DNA of 39,208 bases from an uncultured bacterium. Its GTDB lineage: Bacteria > Auribacterota > CAZIXI01. The first letter of the stretch is position 1, and each line of letters begins with the position of its first letter. Below are positions 18,920 through 27,707 of the stretch, piece by piece. The notes beneath the pieces are model-generated. The model was not told the origin of the DNA and ran no database searches. It worked only from the letters and a program-made list of their open reading frames with translations. The DNA is taken from positions 1 to 39,208 of the forward strand of contig CAZIXI010000003.1 in assembly GCA_964543115.1 (NCBI GenBank). The letters are read 5' to 3'. The position numbers and the translations under genes were made by a program.

Positions 18920-19071
18920 GCCCCAAGCACAGCGAGGGGGACAGGCTCCTACAACCAACGGGCCGGGCAGTCTATATCCATTCCAATAATAGCAGTCTAT
19001 ATACATTCATATAATAGCAGCCCCGCGAAGCGGGGCAGTCCCAGCTTTGCTGGGGCAGGCCCGGCCCCTAC
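18920..19071 (-). repeat. GTAG-type REP hairpin with four units stacked in its loop, plus a second degenerate GTAG element
   Basis: Arms GGGCCGGGC (18960-18968) and GCCCGGCCC (19059-19067), then CTAC (19068-19071); GCAG at 18967, 18992, 19017, 19035, 19055; second CTAC at 18949-18952 next to GGGGACAG. Confidence 0.8.
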
Positions 19072-22000
19072 TAATATTTCCCATTTACCCTGACAAACCA
19101 GCCCTTGGAATCCCATTTGTCTTCGTTGCGGAGGTCGTCGTCGTAGTCGGTAAAATTATAACCTACACCCAGACGGATATACCTGCCAATCTCGCGGTCC
19201 ACCTCCAGCAGCCAGCCATTTTTCTGATCTTCAATCTGCTTGTTGCGTAATGTCCGGTACTCCGCCGCCAAATCCCAGGCACGGGTAAGATGAAAATTCA
19301 CCCGCCCCAGATATAAATACGTGTCACTATGCGTCCAGCTGCGATACCCCACTTTTTCTTTCATGTCACGATAGGCAACCTTCCCCACCAATTGCAGCCA
19401 TTTCAGAACATCGAACACTCCCTCTATCGCGTATACATGCCTTCGCGATTCCGTTCTTTCTACAAAATCTATCTGACTATCAGGCGGCAGGTTAGTGAGA
19501 TAACTGTACTTACCCAAGATGTTCAACCGGTCCCAGTCGATCGGGCGCAAACTGAATCCGCTGCCAACTTCGTAAAATTCCGCTTCATTGCGCTTTGTGC
19601 TACGGTCCTCGGTCCAGCCCCAGTTACCTCTGCCGGTCACACTCAATCCTTCAGTTAACCGCCATAACAAATCATTTTCCGTTACCCACTGCCGCACATC
19701 GGTCGTACCCCGGTCATTACGCAGTTCCACCTTACTATAACCCTTAACGCCTCTGGTACCAAACCAGAACTCATCCGGGTTAAGGTAGGTTAGGGCCACA
19801 CTACCGGCATCGCGATTAATTACCTCGGGATCCCGCCGCCGTTCGAAGTTACTACGCTCATAGGTCAGGCCCAAAGCAAAGGTTTCGGATACTTTTTCTT
19901 CATAACCCAATACCGTTCCCCGCACCAGATTCTCCTGCCAACTGCTGTAATCCTCTTCCACATACACCCGACTATCCGCACTGAGTGAGGTTGATTGACC
20001 ATAGGTCGTGCGGGCATATTTACCCAGATGAATATGATTTCCCACTTCCAGATTGGCATAGACATCCGTACCTTCAGTCATTTTACTGGTCACTCCCAAC
20101 AAGGTACTATTACCCAGATTGCCTATGGTCTCCGCTACATTCAACCGCGTCTTTTCCCAGATAACCATATCCGCGCCCACCGTCCCTTGATTATTCGTTC
20201 GGCCCTGCAATGTTGCCTGTCCCCGGACATAGGGATGAAACCACTTAAACAGCTGATAACCCACCCGGGCCGCCACAAAATCATTATCCTTTAACGGTAA
20301 CATGCCAAAATACGTATAATCCGTCTGCGGATGCTTTACCGTCTGATGCTGATATTCCCCGCGCAGGTCCCATTTCCCCCGCCGGTAATCGGCGATCCCC
20401 GTTGTTACATGCACATCCCGGGCACCCAATTCAGTCAGCGGAGTGGATTGCTTCTTTATCCTGGAGGTGACATGATTAAAACCCAGGGCCAGATACTGGG
20501 TAAGGCGGCTGTACACCATCCCCACTATCTTTTCTGTACCCTGCTGGCTGATACTATTCGTAATGGAAAAATACGGATCATAATTGCTGTAGGAAAGATA
20601 AACATCGGTATTCTTAAACAGCTTGGTCCGGCCGTTAACACTGTACCCCTCACCGGTTTTACCGTTACTGAATGTCTCCTGCTGGTCACTGAAATTAAGG
20701 CCGCCATCATAACTGGTACTGCTGCCCAGCTGTGTTTCCTTACTGTGGCCGTAAAAGGCATTTATCGAGGTATCCTCATTAATCTTTAAGGTGGCATCTC
20801 CGCTATAAACCTCATAGTTCGGGCCGTCTTTCTGCTCCTGCACATACGCCCCGCCAAGGCGCACATGATGCCCCAACTGCTGGCTTACCCGGCCGCCCCA
20901 GGTATTATCGCTTAATCCCTCACTCAAATACTCGTAATCCACTATCAAATACACGCGTTCTCCCATCAGTAAATCATTACTAATTATAGTACTATTATAG
21001 GCCTGCTGAACACTATTCAGCGGCTTTCTTAATAAAATCCGGCCGCTGTCATAATCTACCTCATAATCCTTCTCTTCGGCCAGCGGAATACTGCTTAAGG
21101 TGGCCTTACTCACCCGGTCCCGCACCTCTATGCGCAGCTTTTCACTACCCTCGATCACATCCTGGTGCCGCAGGTAATAGAGACTGCCGCCGGTACCCAC
21201 AAACTCATCATGGGCGGCCTTCTGCCGGCTAGCCGCGCCAAAACCCTTTACCATCGTCCAGGGATCACCAAATTTTGTCTCTCCCACACTAACATAATTT
21301 ACTATCCCGCCGCTCAAGGTGCGTTCATAAATATTAAAGGGCATTTCCGTATTAAAACTGCCCCACTTGGCAAAACTCTCGTCCCATTCGATTAACACAA
21401 ACGCCACATCCTGCGTATCCACTCCCTCATAATTAACTGTGGAGGCATCACCATAAACCGGATAATATTTATCCGGATCAAGGTTAGTAAACAGGTCCTT
21501 GGTGCGATACCGGCCGCCAGGCAGACGTTCCGTATCTACACAGGCCTTAACCAGATACTTACCTAAGACCTTTCCTTTTAAATAAAACGCCAATCTCCCA
21601 TCTACCCGCACCCCGTCATCGTAACGGTCATCCTTATCCATCATCTTAATGTTGCCGCTGGTATTGAGATTACTTACGGTTCCTTCGCCTAACGCTACAA
21701 TAAAGAACTTATCTAATATATTCTTGACCCCCGAGGGCTGCTCGCCTTTGACCATTTCTTCGTCAATTGCTTTTTCCTGCGATACACCAAAGTTTACCTT
21801 TGCCAACAATCCCTGCGTAACCTTCACAAAATACGGATTTTCTGTTGTAAATGTAGCCCCCTCCGGCAAGGTATTCGGATCCACTTTTAAAAGATGATTT
21901 TCCGCTGGCACATCCGCTATATGGTACTTGCCATCTTCGTCAGTGGTTACACAAACACCATACTCGGTATATATCTTTACTCCCGCTATACCTTTTTCGT

Positions 22001-25000
22001 CGCTCGTCGCTCGTATCTCGTCGTTCGTATCTTGAATTCCATTATTATTGTAGTCCCAGAAAACTTTACCAATAATGGTTCCTCTGGTAAACAAGGGGTC
22101 TGCCGTAACTTCTATGCTGGCGCTGTCAATGTTACTGTTGCGGCTGAGGGTGGTACTGTTACGCGTGTGTGCCGCTGCCTTGTAACGGCCCGGGGGAATA
22201 GCGGTGCCCACCCGGAACTGGTAACTGATATTTACCGTGGTGCGTTTAGCTATGTTACCGATATTAAATACTGCCTGGCGGCCGCTAACAACCGGATCAG
22301 CTACTTTTGCGCTTCCCCGGTAGCTGCTGCCGCTGACATATTTAAACCCATTCACCACTTCATCTGCCAGTTCCACATTACCCACCGGCTCGTACCAGTG
22401 TTTATTCTCAATTTTTACATTGTAGGTAACTATCTCCCCATTCTGTACCCGTTTTTTATTAACGGTCTTAGTTACCACCAGCCAGCCGCCCGGGTCCATA
22501 GGGATATTAATGGTCAGCGGATCACTGGCCGCCGGGAAATTCTCACCATGATCACCGAGCACCACTCCACTCACCATTTGAGAGGGAAAACCATATCCGC
22601 TCTTGGCAACAGAGATATGATAATTCCCCGGCTCCACATTAAAGGTATAGGGATTACTGGTGGTGGTGGAAAGCGCCGCAGAAGAGTCTTTGCGGTAAAT
22701 GGCCACCGTGGGCCGGCTGATCAGCTCACCGGTTACCGAGTCATATACCCGGCCGGTAATCGGCGGGTCACCTACTACGGTTTCAAAACAACCAATATCG
22801 TAATCCGTTCCCTGTGGGCGGGCCGTGCCTTGAATATCATCAGTAACTCCTTCAACTGCTAAATTTTCTCCGGCATCCACACAGGGAGAACCGGGATTGG
22901 TAGGCCGAAAGTCTTCTGCGGGTTCATCTTTAAACTGCGGGTCAGCATCGGTGTTGGTTGCACTGCCGGCATCGCCCGAATCCCAGCCCCAGGTAACCAG
23001 ATCATCAACACCGGTTGACTGAGTAGCCACATCAAATGCTAGAGCATCGCCATTATCACTATATAATAAACAATGTTCAACACTGGGATTGGCAGTGGCA
23101 TCTAGGGTTACCAGCACAAAACCATTATCGTTATTAAAAAGGCAGTTCCGGATTGTCGGTGAAGAGTTGAGACCCATAACAACTTCGTTATCCTGATTGG
23201 AACCAGATGTATTATTGCTAAACGTACACTGATAGATGTTTGGCGAAGATGTAGTGAGCCAAACCGCCCCTCCGTCTCCCCCGGAGCTATTACCATAAAA
23301 AAGACAATTGATCAGATGCACGGTACTGTTCGTTTCACTAACCGCACCTCCAGTCTGGGTTGCCTGGTTATTATTAAACGTACATTTTGAAATAGTACCG
23401 GTACTGCCAGCTATTTCAACGGCGCCTGATACCCCATCAGTAGCAGAATTATTTGAAAATGTCGCACCCATTAGAGTAATCGTAGAAGCACTACTTTCTA
23501 CTGCCGCCATAGAAGGAGCGGTGTTTTGGCTAAACGTAAAGGTACCATTACTAAAACTGAGCGTACTGCCATCACTAACAGCCACGCCCCCGGCTTCTTG
23601 CGTGGCTGAATTACTACTAAAAGTGGTACTGGAATTAGTATAGGTAGTGGAATTGTATATATAAGTATCAGTCAATGTCGAAGACTCCGAAATTACGAAA
23701 GCACCGCCAATAACAGCGGAATTATTAGATAATGTACAATCAACAATCGCGATTGTGCTGGAATCATAGCCGTGCAAAAAACCGCCAGCAACTGTTGACT
23801 GGTTATTGGACATTATACAGCTGTCGAAACTCACCGTTGAATTGCCGACTTTAAATGCCCCGCCATCATCATCAATATTATAGCCATTCTGAAATCCCAG
23901 CTGGGAGAAAATTGCTGTATGTGTGGAATTTCCTATATCAAAAAGAACACTAGTATTTCCCCCATCAATAATCGTACTACTGGCCCCTTCACCGATAAAG
24001 CGCACCGTCGGGCCACCACTAACCATAATAGGGAAATTCTCCCCGGAGGCGGCATTAAAGGTGCCCATTAGATAAACATCAATATTGCCGCTTCTACTGG
24101 CCAACTGACTGACCGCGTAACCGATGGTGCCCCAGGCTTCCGCCCAGGTAGTCCCGTTATTGCTATCACTGCCGGTACCGGCCCATACATAGTAGGTATT
24201 GGGCGTTGCCCCGACAGAAATAGCAACTGTGGCCGTATCACTAAGGCCGTCATTATCCACCACCGTTAATGTAGCAGTATATGTTCCTTCGGTATTATAT
24301 GTATAAGAAGCGCTGGCCCCGGTACCGGTATTACTATCACCATAATCCCAACTATAGGAACTAATGGTTCCATCTGAATCAGTGCTTCCGGAACCGTCAA
24401 AAGTTACAGTTAACGGTGCCGGACCGCTGGTGGGACTGGCGGAAATAGAGGCCGTGGGCCCGCTAGGTGTTGGTGTTGGATCAGGCGGCGGTTCCGGCTG
24501 CGGCGGCGGGGCGGGCTGTTCCTCCTCCTCTGCCAATTCCACCTCTTCTAATACCGGACCTTCTCCTTCACCCACAATCTCTTCATCATGCACTTCACCA
24601 GTATCATTATTTGTATCGGGAATGGGCAAAATAATCGGATCTATGCCTTCAACAGGAGAAACACCTCCGTCACCTTCTTCAAGCGGAGAAATGTATTCTT
24701 CATCTTCCTCAACAACTACCACTTCTTCTTCCTCAATCGTTGATTCTTCCTCTTCCCCCGGCTCAGCTTCTTCTTCACCTGGTTCTGCCTCATCTTCTTC
24801 CCCCGGTTCCGCTTCATCTTCTTCCCCAGGCTCCGCTTCATCTTCCTCCCCTGGTTCGGCTTCGTCTTCCTCACCCGGCTCTGCTTCGTCCTCCTCGCCC
24901 GGTTCCGCCTCGTCTTCCTCACCCGGCTCTGCTTCGTCTTCCTCCCCCGGTTCCGCCTCTTCTTCCTCCCCCGGCTCTGCTTCGTCCTCCTCGCCCGGTT

Positions 25001-25640
25001 CCGCCTCTTCCTCCTCACCCGGCTCGCCTTCTTTTTCTTCCTCTTCTTCTCCCGGCGCCACCTCCTCTTCTTCCTCATCCACTGGCGGCAGATCCTCTAT
25101 TTCAATCCCTTCTTCTTCTAAAACTTCCTCATTTGTCTCTTCTTCGATCTTCTCTTCTGTTTCCTGTTCTTCCTTTTCCTTATCTTCCCTTACCTCTTCC
25201 GCCTCTTCCTCTAATTCCCGCTTTTCCTTAACAACTATCTTGGCAACCTTGCCCTTAAGGTACTCCTCTCCCCCGGTTACCGTCCGACCCACACTCAGCA
25301 CATCCCAGGCTGTCTGGTATTTGCGGCGATTATTCTTTATCAGCAATACCTTGGCCTGGGGCTGAAGCTGTTCCCAGATCTGGTAACGAAATTCATAAGG
25401 CAGGTAACAACTGATCCGCTTCTTCCTGGCTCGCACTTCCCCGGTATATTCATTTACCCGCTGCAGGAATATTCCCACTTCGATCTCCCCCCGGCGAACC
25501 TGCTCCCTCAATTCCTCAGGATAATCAAAACAGTAAACTTCCCCCTCCACAACTTTCACCAGGGTAGTTGTCTCGGCCGCACAAATAATTAACGGACAAA
25601 TGAAAAGTAAGACTAAGGATAGAAAAGTAGTTTTACGCAT
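19071..25640 (-). CDS. Giant secreted/outer-membrane protein: acidic repeat stalk, PKD, Pmp-like beta-helix, DUF11, SdrD-B-like and probable C-terminal beta-barrel
   Basis: Signal peptide; (EEDEAEPG)n; SASPTSGPAPLTVTFDGSGS.D.DG.I.SY.WDYGD (PKD); GGA[FV]/FxxN repeats; GSPCVDAG..DIGCFE; VTKTV...GEIVTY (DUF11); IGKVFWDYNNNG.QD; amphipathic C-terminal strands ending WFVRVNGKY. Confidence 0.75.
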   Translation of the reverse strand: MRKTTFLSLVLLFICPLIICAAETTTLVKVVEGEVYCFDYPEELREQVRRGEIEVGIFLQRVNEYTGEVRARKKRISCYLPYEFRYQIWEQLQPQAKVLLIKNNRRKYQTAWDVLSVGRTVTGGEEYLKGKVAKIVVKEKRELEEEAEEVREDKEKEEQETEEKIEEETNEEVLEEEGIEIEDLPPVDEEEEEVAPGEEEEEKEGEPGEEEEAEPGEEDEAEPGEEEEAEPGEEDEAEPGEEDEAEPGEEDEAEPGEEDEAEPGEEDEAEPGEEDEAEPGEEDEAEPGEEEAEPGEEEESTIEEEEVVVVEEDEEYISPLEEGDGGVSPVEGIDPIILPIPDTNNDTGEVHDEEIVGEGEGPVLEEVELAEEEEQPAPPPQPEPPPDPTPTPSGPTASISASPTSGPAPLTVTFDGSGSTDSDGTISSYSWDYGDSNTGTGASASYTYNTEGTYTATLTVVDNDGLSDTATVAISVGATPNTYYVWAGTGSDSNNGTTWAEAWGTIGYAVSQLASRSGNIDVYLMGTFNAASGENFPIMVSGGPTVRFIGEGASSTIIDGGNTSVLFDIGNSTHTAIFSQLGFQNGYNIDDDGGAFKVGNSTVSFDSCIMSNNQSTVAGGFLHGYDSSTIAIVDCTLSNNSAVIGGAFVISESSTLTDTYIYNSTTYTNSSTTFSSNSATQEAGGVAVSDGSTLSFSNGTFTFSQNTAPSMAAVESSASTITLMGATFSNNSATDGVSGAVEIAGSTGTISKCTFNNNQATQTGGAVSETNSTVHLINCLFYGNSSGGDGGAVWLTTSSPNIYQCTFSNNTSGSNQDNEVVMGLNSSPTIRNCLFNNDNGFVLVTLDATANPSVEHCLLYSDNGDALAFDVATQSTGVDDLVTWGWDSGDAGSATNTDADPQFKDEPAEDFRPTNPGSPCVDAGENLAVEGVTDDIQGTARPQGTDYDIGCFETVVGDPPITGRVYDSVTGELISRPTVAIYRKDSSAALSTTTSNPYTFNVEPGNYHISVAKSGYGFPSQMVSGVVLGDHGENFPAASDPLTINIPMDPGGWLVVTKTVNKKRVQNGEIVTYNVKIENKHWYEPVGNVELADEVVNGFKYVSGSSYRGSAKVADPVVSGRQAVFNIGNIAKRTTVNISYQFRVGTAIPPGRYKAAAHTRNSTTLSRNSNIDSASIEVTADPLFTRGTIIGKVFWDYNNNGIQDTNDEIRATSDEKGIAGVKIYTEYGVCVTTDEDGKYHIADVPAENHLLKVDPNTLPEGATFTTENPYFVKVTQGLLAKVNFGVSQEKAIDEEMVKGEQPSGVKNILDKFFIVALGEGTVSNLNTSGNIKMMDKDDRYDDGVRVDGRLAFYLKGKVLGKYLVKACVDTERLPGGRYRTKDLFTNLDPDKYYPVYGDASTVNYEGVDTQDVAFVLIEWDESFAKWGSFNTEMPFNIYERTLSGGIVNYVSVGETKFGDPWTMVKGFGAASRQKAAHDEFVGTGGSLYYLRHQDVIEGSEKLRIEVRDRVSKATLSSIPLAEEKDYEVDYDSGRILLRKPLNSVQQAYNSTIISNDLLMGERVYLIVDYEYLSEGLSDNTWGGRVSQQLGHHVRLGGAYVQEQKDGPNYEVYSGDATLKINEDTSINAFYGHSKETQLGSSTSYDGGLNFSDQQETFSNGKTGEGYSVNGRTKLFKNTDVYLSYSNYDPYFSITNSISQQGTEKIVGMVYSRLTQYLALGFNHVTSRIKKQSTPLTELGARDVHVTTGIADYRRGKWDLRGEYQHQTVKHPQTDYTYFGMLPLKDNDFVAARVGYQLFKWFHPYVRGQATLQGRTNNQGTVGADMVIWEKTRLNVAETIGNLGNSTLLGVTSKMTEGTDVYANLEVGNHIHLGKYARTTYGQSTSLSADSRVYVEEDYSSWQENLVRGTVLGYEEKVSETFALGLTYERSNFERRRDPEVINRDAGSVALTYLNPDEFWFGTRGVKGYSKVELRNDRGTTDVRQWVTENDLLWRLTEGLSVTGRGNWGWTEDRSTKRNEAEFYEVGSGFSLRPIDWDRLNILGKYSYLTNLPPDSQIDFVERTESRRHVYAIEGVFDVLKWLQLVGKVAYRDMKEKVGYRSWTHSDTYLYLGRVNFHLTRAWDLAAEYRTLRNKQIEDQKNGWLLEVDREIGRYIRLGVGYNFTDYDDDLRNEDKWDSKGWFVRVNGKY
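21997..22031. repeat. Five tandem heptamers within the giant gene
   Basis: TCGTCGC TCGTCGC TCGTATC TCGTCGT TCGTATC on the + strand. Confidence 0.75.
24756..25025 (-). repeat. 24-bp coding tandem repeat (EE[D/E]EAEPG x10 plus one 7-aa unit)
   Basis: First and last Pro codons are 261 bp apart = 10x24 + 21; synonymous codons vary between units. Confidence 0.92.
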
Positions 25641-25696
25641 AGGAATACTCCTTTTAGGGTAGTGCCCCCGCTTTCTCCTAAAAGAAAAACGCAGAC

Positions 25697-27685
25697 TTAA
25701 CCGTCTTTCTGCTGGTATTTTTTCAGCGAACTAGTGGTAAACGTGCATTCAGGATATTTGCTGCAACCAAAAAATGTTCTACCTTTGCGGGAACGACGGT
25801 GGATGAGTATCCCCTCGCAACCTTCTTGCGGACAGGGAATATCCGTGGGCAGCGGGGCGGTATGTTTACACTCGGGGAATCCGGAACAGGCCAGAAATTT
25901 TCCATACCGGCCATTACGGATAACCAGCTGTTTATTACACTGGGGACATATTTCGTCCGTCATTACGGGCTTAATGGTCACCCGTTCCTGTTCTTCGTGG
26001 GCCTTATCCAGATCCTTTATAAAAGGTTTATAAAACTCTTTCAGCAACTCCGTCCAGCAGACTTTCCCTTTTTCAATTTCATCAAGCTCATCTTCCATTT
26101 TAGCGGTGAATTTCACCTCAATAATATCGGGGAACCGCTCCACCAGGATCTTATTAACCACCTTCCCTAATTCCGTGGGGAAAAGTCTGGCCTTTTCTTT
26201 TTCCACGTAATTGCGCCTGGTAATCGTAAAAATAATCGGCGCATAGGTGCTCGGGCGCCCAATCCCGTTTTCTTCCAGGGCCCTGACCAAAGTGGCCTCC
26301 GTATAATACGGGGGTGATTTCGTAAAATGCTGCTGCGGCAAAAGCTCGACCAGGGTAAGCTCTTGCCCCTTTACTAGCGGTGGTAGGTCTGTTTTTTCTT
26401 CGCCGTTATCCTGCTGCAAAATAAGAAAACCGGGGAAGATAACCTGGGTACCGGTGGTCTTAAACACCGCCGCGTCAGCATGAATTAATATTGTGGTTAA
26501 AAGAGTTTTCGCGCTGGCCATCTGACTGGCCAGAAACCTTTTCCAAATAAGCGTGTATAGGGCCAGTTGATCTTTATTTAAAAACTCCTTAACTGATTCG
26601 GGAGTGTGCTCCACCATTGTGGGCCGGATGGCTTCGTGCGCCTCCTGGGTCCTTCTTTTTGATTTATAACGCCGGGGATGGTCCGGCAGGTATTCCTTAC
26701 CGAATTTCTCTTCAATAAAATGCAGGGCCGCCTGCTGAGCCTCTTTGGCCACGCGGAAGGAATCGGTACGCATATAGGTAATTAAACCCACACTGCCTTC
26801 TGCCCCCAGCTCAATTCCTTCATAGAGCTGTTGGGCAATAACCATTGTTTTCTGAGCGGTAAAGCCCAATTGATTAATGGCCGCCTGCTGCAGGAGGCTG
26901 GTTATGAAAGGCGGCAGGGGATTTCTCAGCCGTTCCCGTTGTGAGACACTGGCTACCGTATAACTCGCGTCTTTTAAGCCGGCCACTATCTTATCGGCCT
27001 GTTCCTGATTATCTATTTTAATTTTTTTATGATCCAGCTTCTCCAGCATAGCGCTGAATTGCTGCTGGGAATTGTCTTGCGGATGGAGTTTAGCGGTAAT
27101 ACTCCAATATTCCTGCGGTACAAAATTATCTATTTCTTCCTGCCGTTCACAGATCAACCGCAGGGCCACTGATTGTACCCGGCCGGCACTCAACCCGCCT
27201 TTTACTTTGCGCCACAGAAGCGGACTGATTTTATAACCCACTATCCGGTCCAGTACCCGGCGGGCCTGTTGTGATTGCACCTTATCAATATCCACGCGCC
27301 GGGGATGTTTAAACGCCTCCCGAACAGCGTTCTGGGTAATTTCATTAAAAGTCACCCGCCAAATCTTCTTCCTGTCACCCTGTTCCTTAGCCAGCAGTTC
27401 CTGCAGGTGCCAGGCGATGGCTTCACCTTCCCGGTCCGGATCCGGCGCCAGGTAGATCTTCTCGCACGCAGCGGCCGCCTTCTTCAATTTGGCCACCAAA
27501 GGCTGACTTTTCTTGGGCACAACATAATGGGGTTTGAAATCCTCTTCAACATTGACGCCAAACTTTTTTTGTGGCAGATCCCTGACGTGCCCCAGGGAAG
27601 CTTCGATTTTGTAACCCTTCCCTAAAAATTTGGAAATACTTTTAACCTTTGTCGGTGACTCAACAATAACCAGTTTTTTTGCCAT
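25697..27685 (-). CDS. topA: DNA topoisomerase I
   Basis: LVIVESPTK, DPDREGEAI, SAGRVQS, GLITYMRTDS, GIGRPSTY; two C-terminal Zn ribbons. Confidence 0.97.
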   Translation of the reverse strand: MAKKLVIVESPTKVKSISKFLGKGYKIEASLGHVRDLPQKKFGVNVEEDFKPHYVVPKKSQPLVAKLKKAAAACEKIYLAPDPDREGEAIAWHLQELLAKEQGDRKKIWRVTFNEITQNAVREAFKHPRRVDIDKVQSQQARRVLDRIVGYKISPLLWRKVKGGLSAGRVQSVALRLICERQEEIDNFVPQEYWSITAKLHPQDNSQQQFSAMLEKLDHKKIKIDNQEQADKIVAGLKDASYTVASVSQRERLRNPLPPFITSLLQQAAINQLGFTAQKTMVIAQQLYEGIELGAEGSVGLITYMRTDSFRVAKEAQQAALHFIEEKFGKEYLPDHPRRYKSKRRTQEAHEAIRPTMVEHTPESVKEFLNKDQLALYTLIWKRFLASQMASAKTLLTTILIHADAAVFKTTGTQVIFPGFLILQQDNGEEKTDLPPLVKGQELTLVELLPQQHFTKSPPYYTEATLVRALEENGIGRPSTYAPIIFTITRRNYVEKEKARLFPTELGKVVNKILVERFPDIIEVKFTAKMEDELDEIEKGKVCWTELLKEFYKPFIKDLDKAHEEQERVTIKPVMTDEICPQCNKQLVIRNGRYGKFLACSGFPECKHTAPLPTDIPCPQEGCEGILIHRRSRKGRTFFGCSKYPECTFTTSSLKKYQQKDG

Positions 27686-27707
27686 CTAGACCTCGCTTGT
27701 TAAAATC

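Noticed and set aside
18967-19058. CRISPR array interpretation of the GCAG-punctuated array
   Set aside because: The constant part is only 4-6 bp, periods are 18-25 bp, and there is no leader or cas gene.
21894-22862. 322-aa plus-strand ORF
   Set aside because: Entirely antisense to well-supported domains of the giant gene; no recognisable motif.
24364-25365. 333-aa Ser-rich plus-strand ORF and the overlapping 120-aa and 163-aa ORFs
   Set aside because: Alternative-frame shadows of the Glu-rich repeat in the giant gene.
25651-25684. CTTTTAGG/CCTAAAAG inverted repeat near the giant gene's ribosome-binding site, possible riboswitch
   Set aside because: Only an 8-bp AT-rich stem in a 56-bp gap; no recognisable aptamer.
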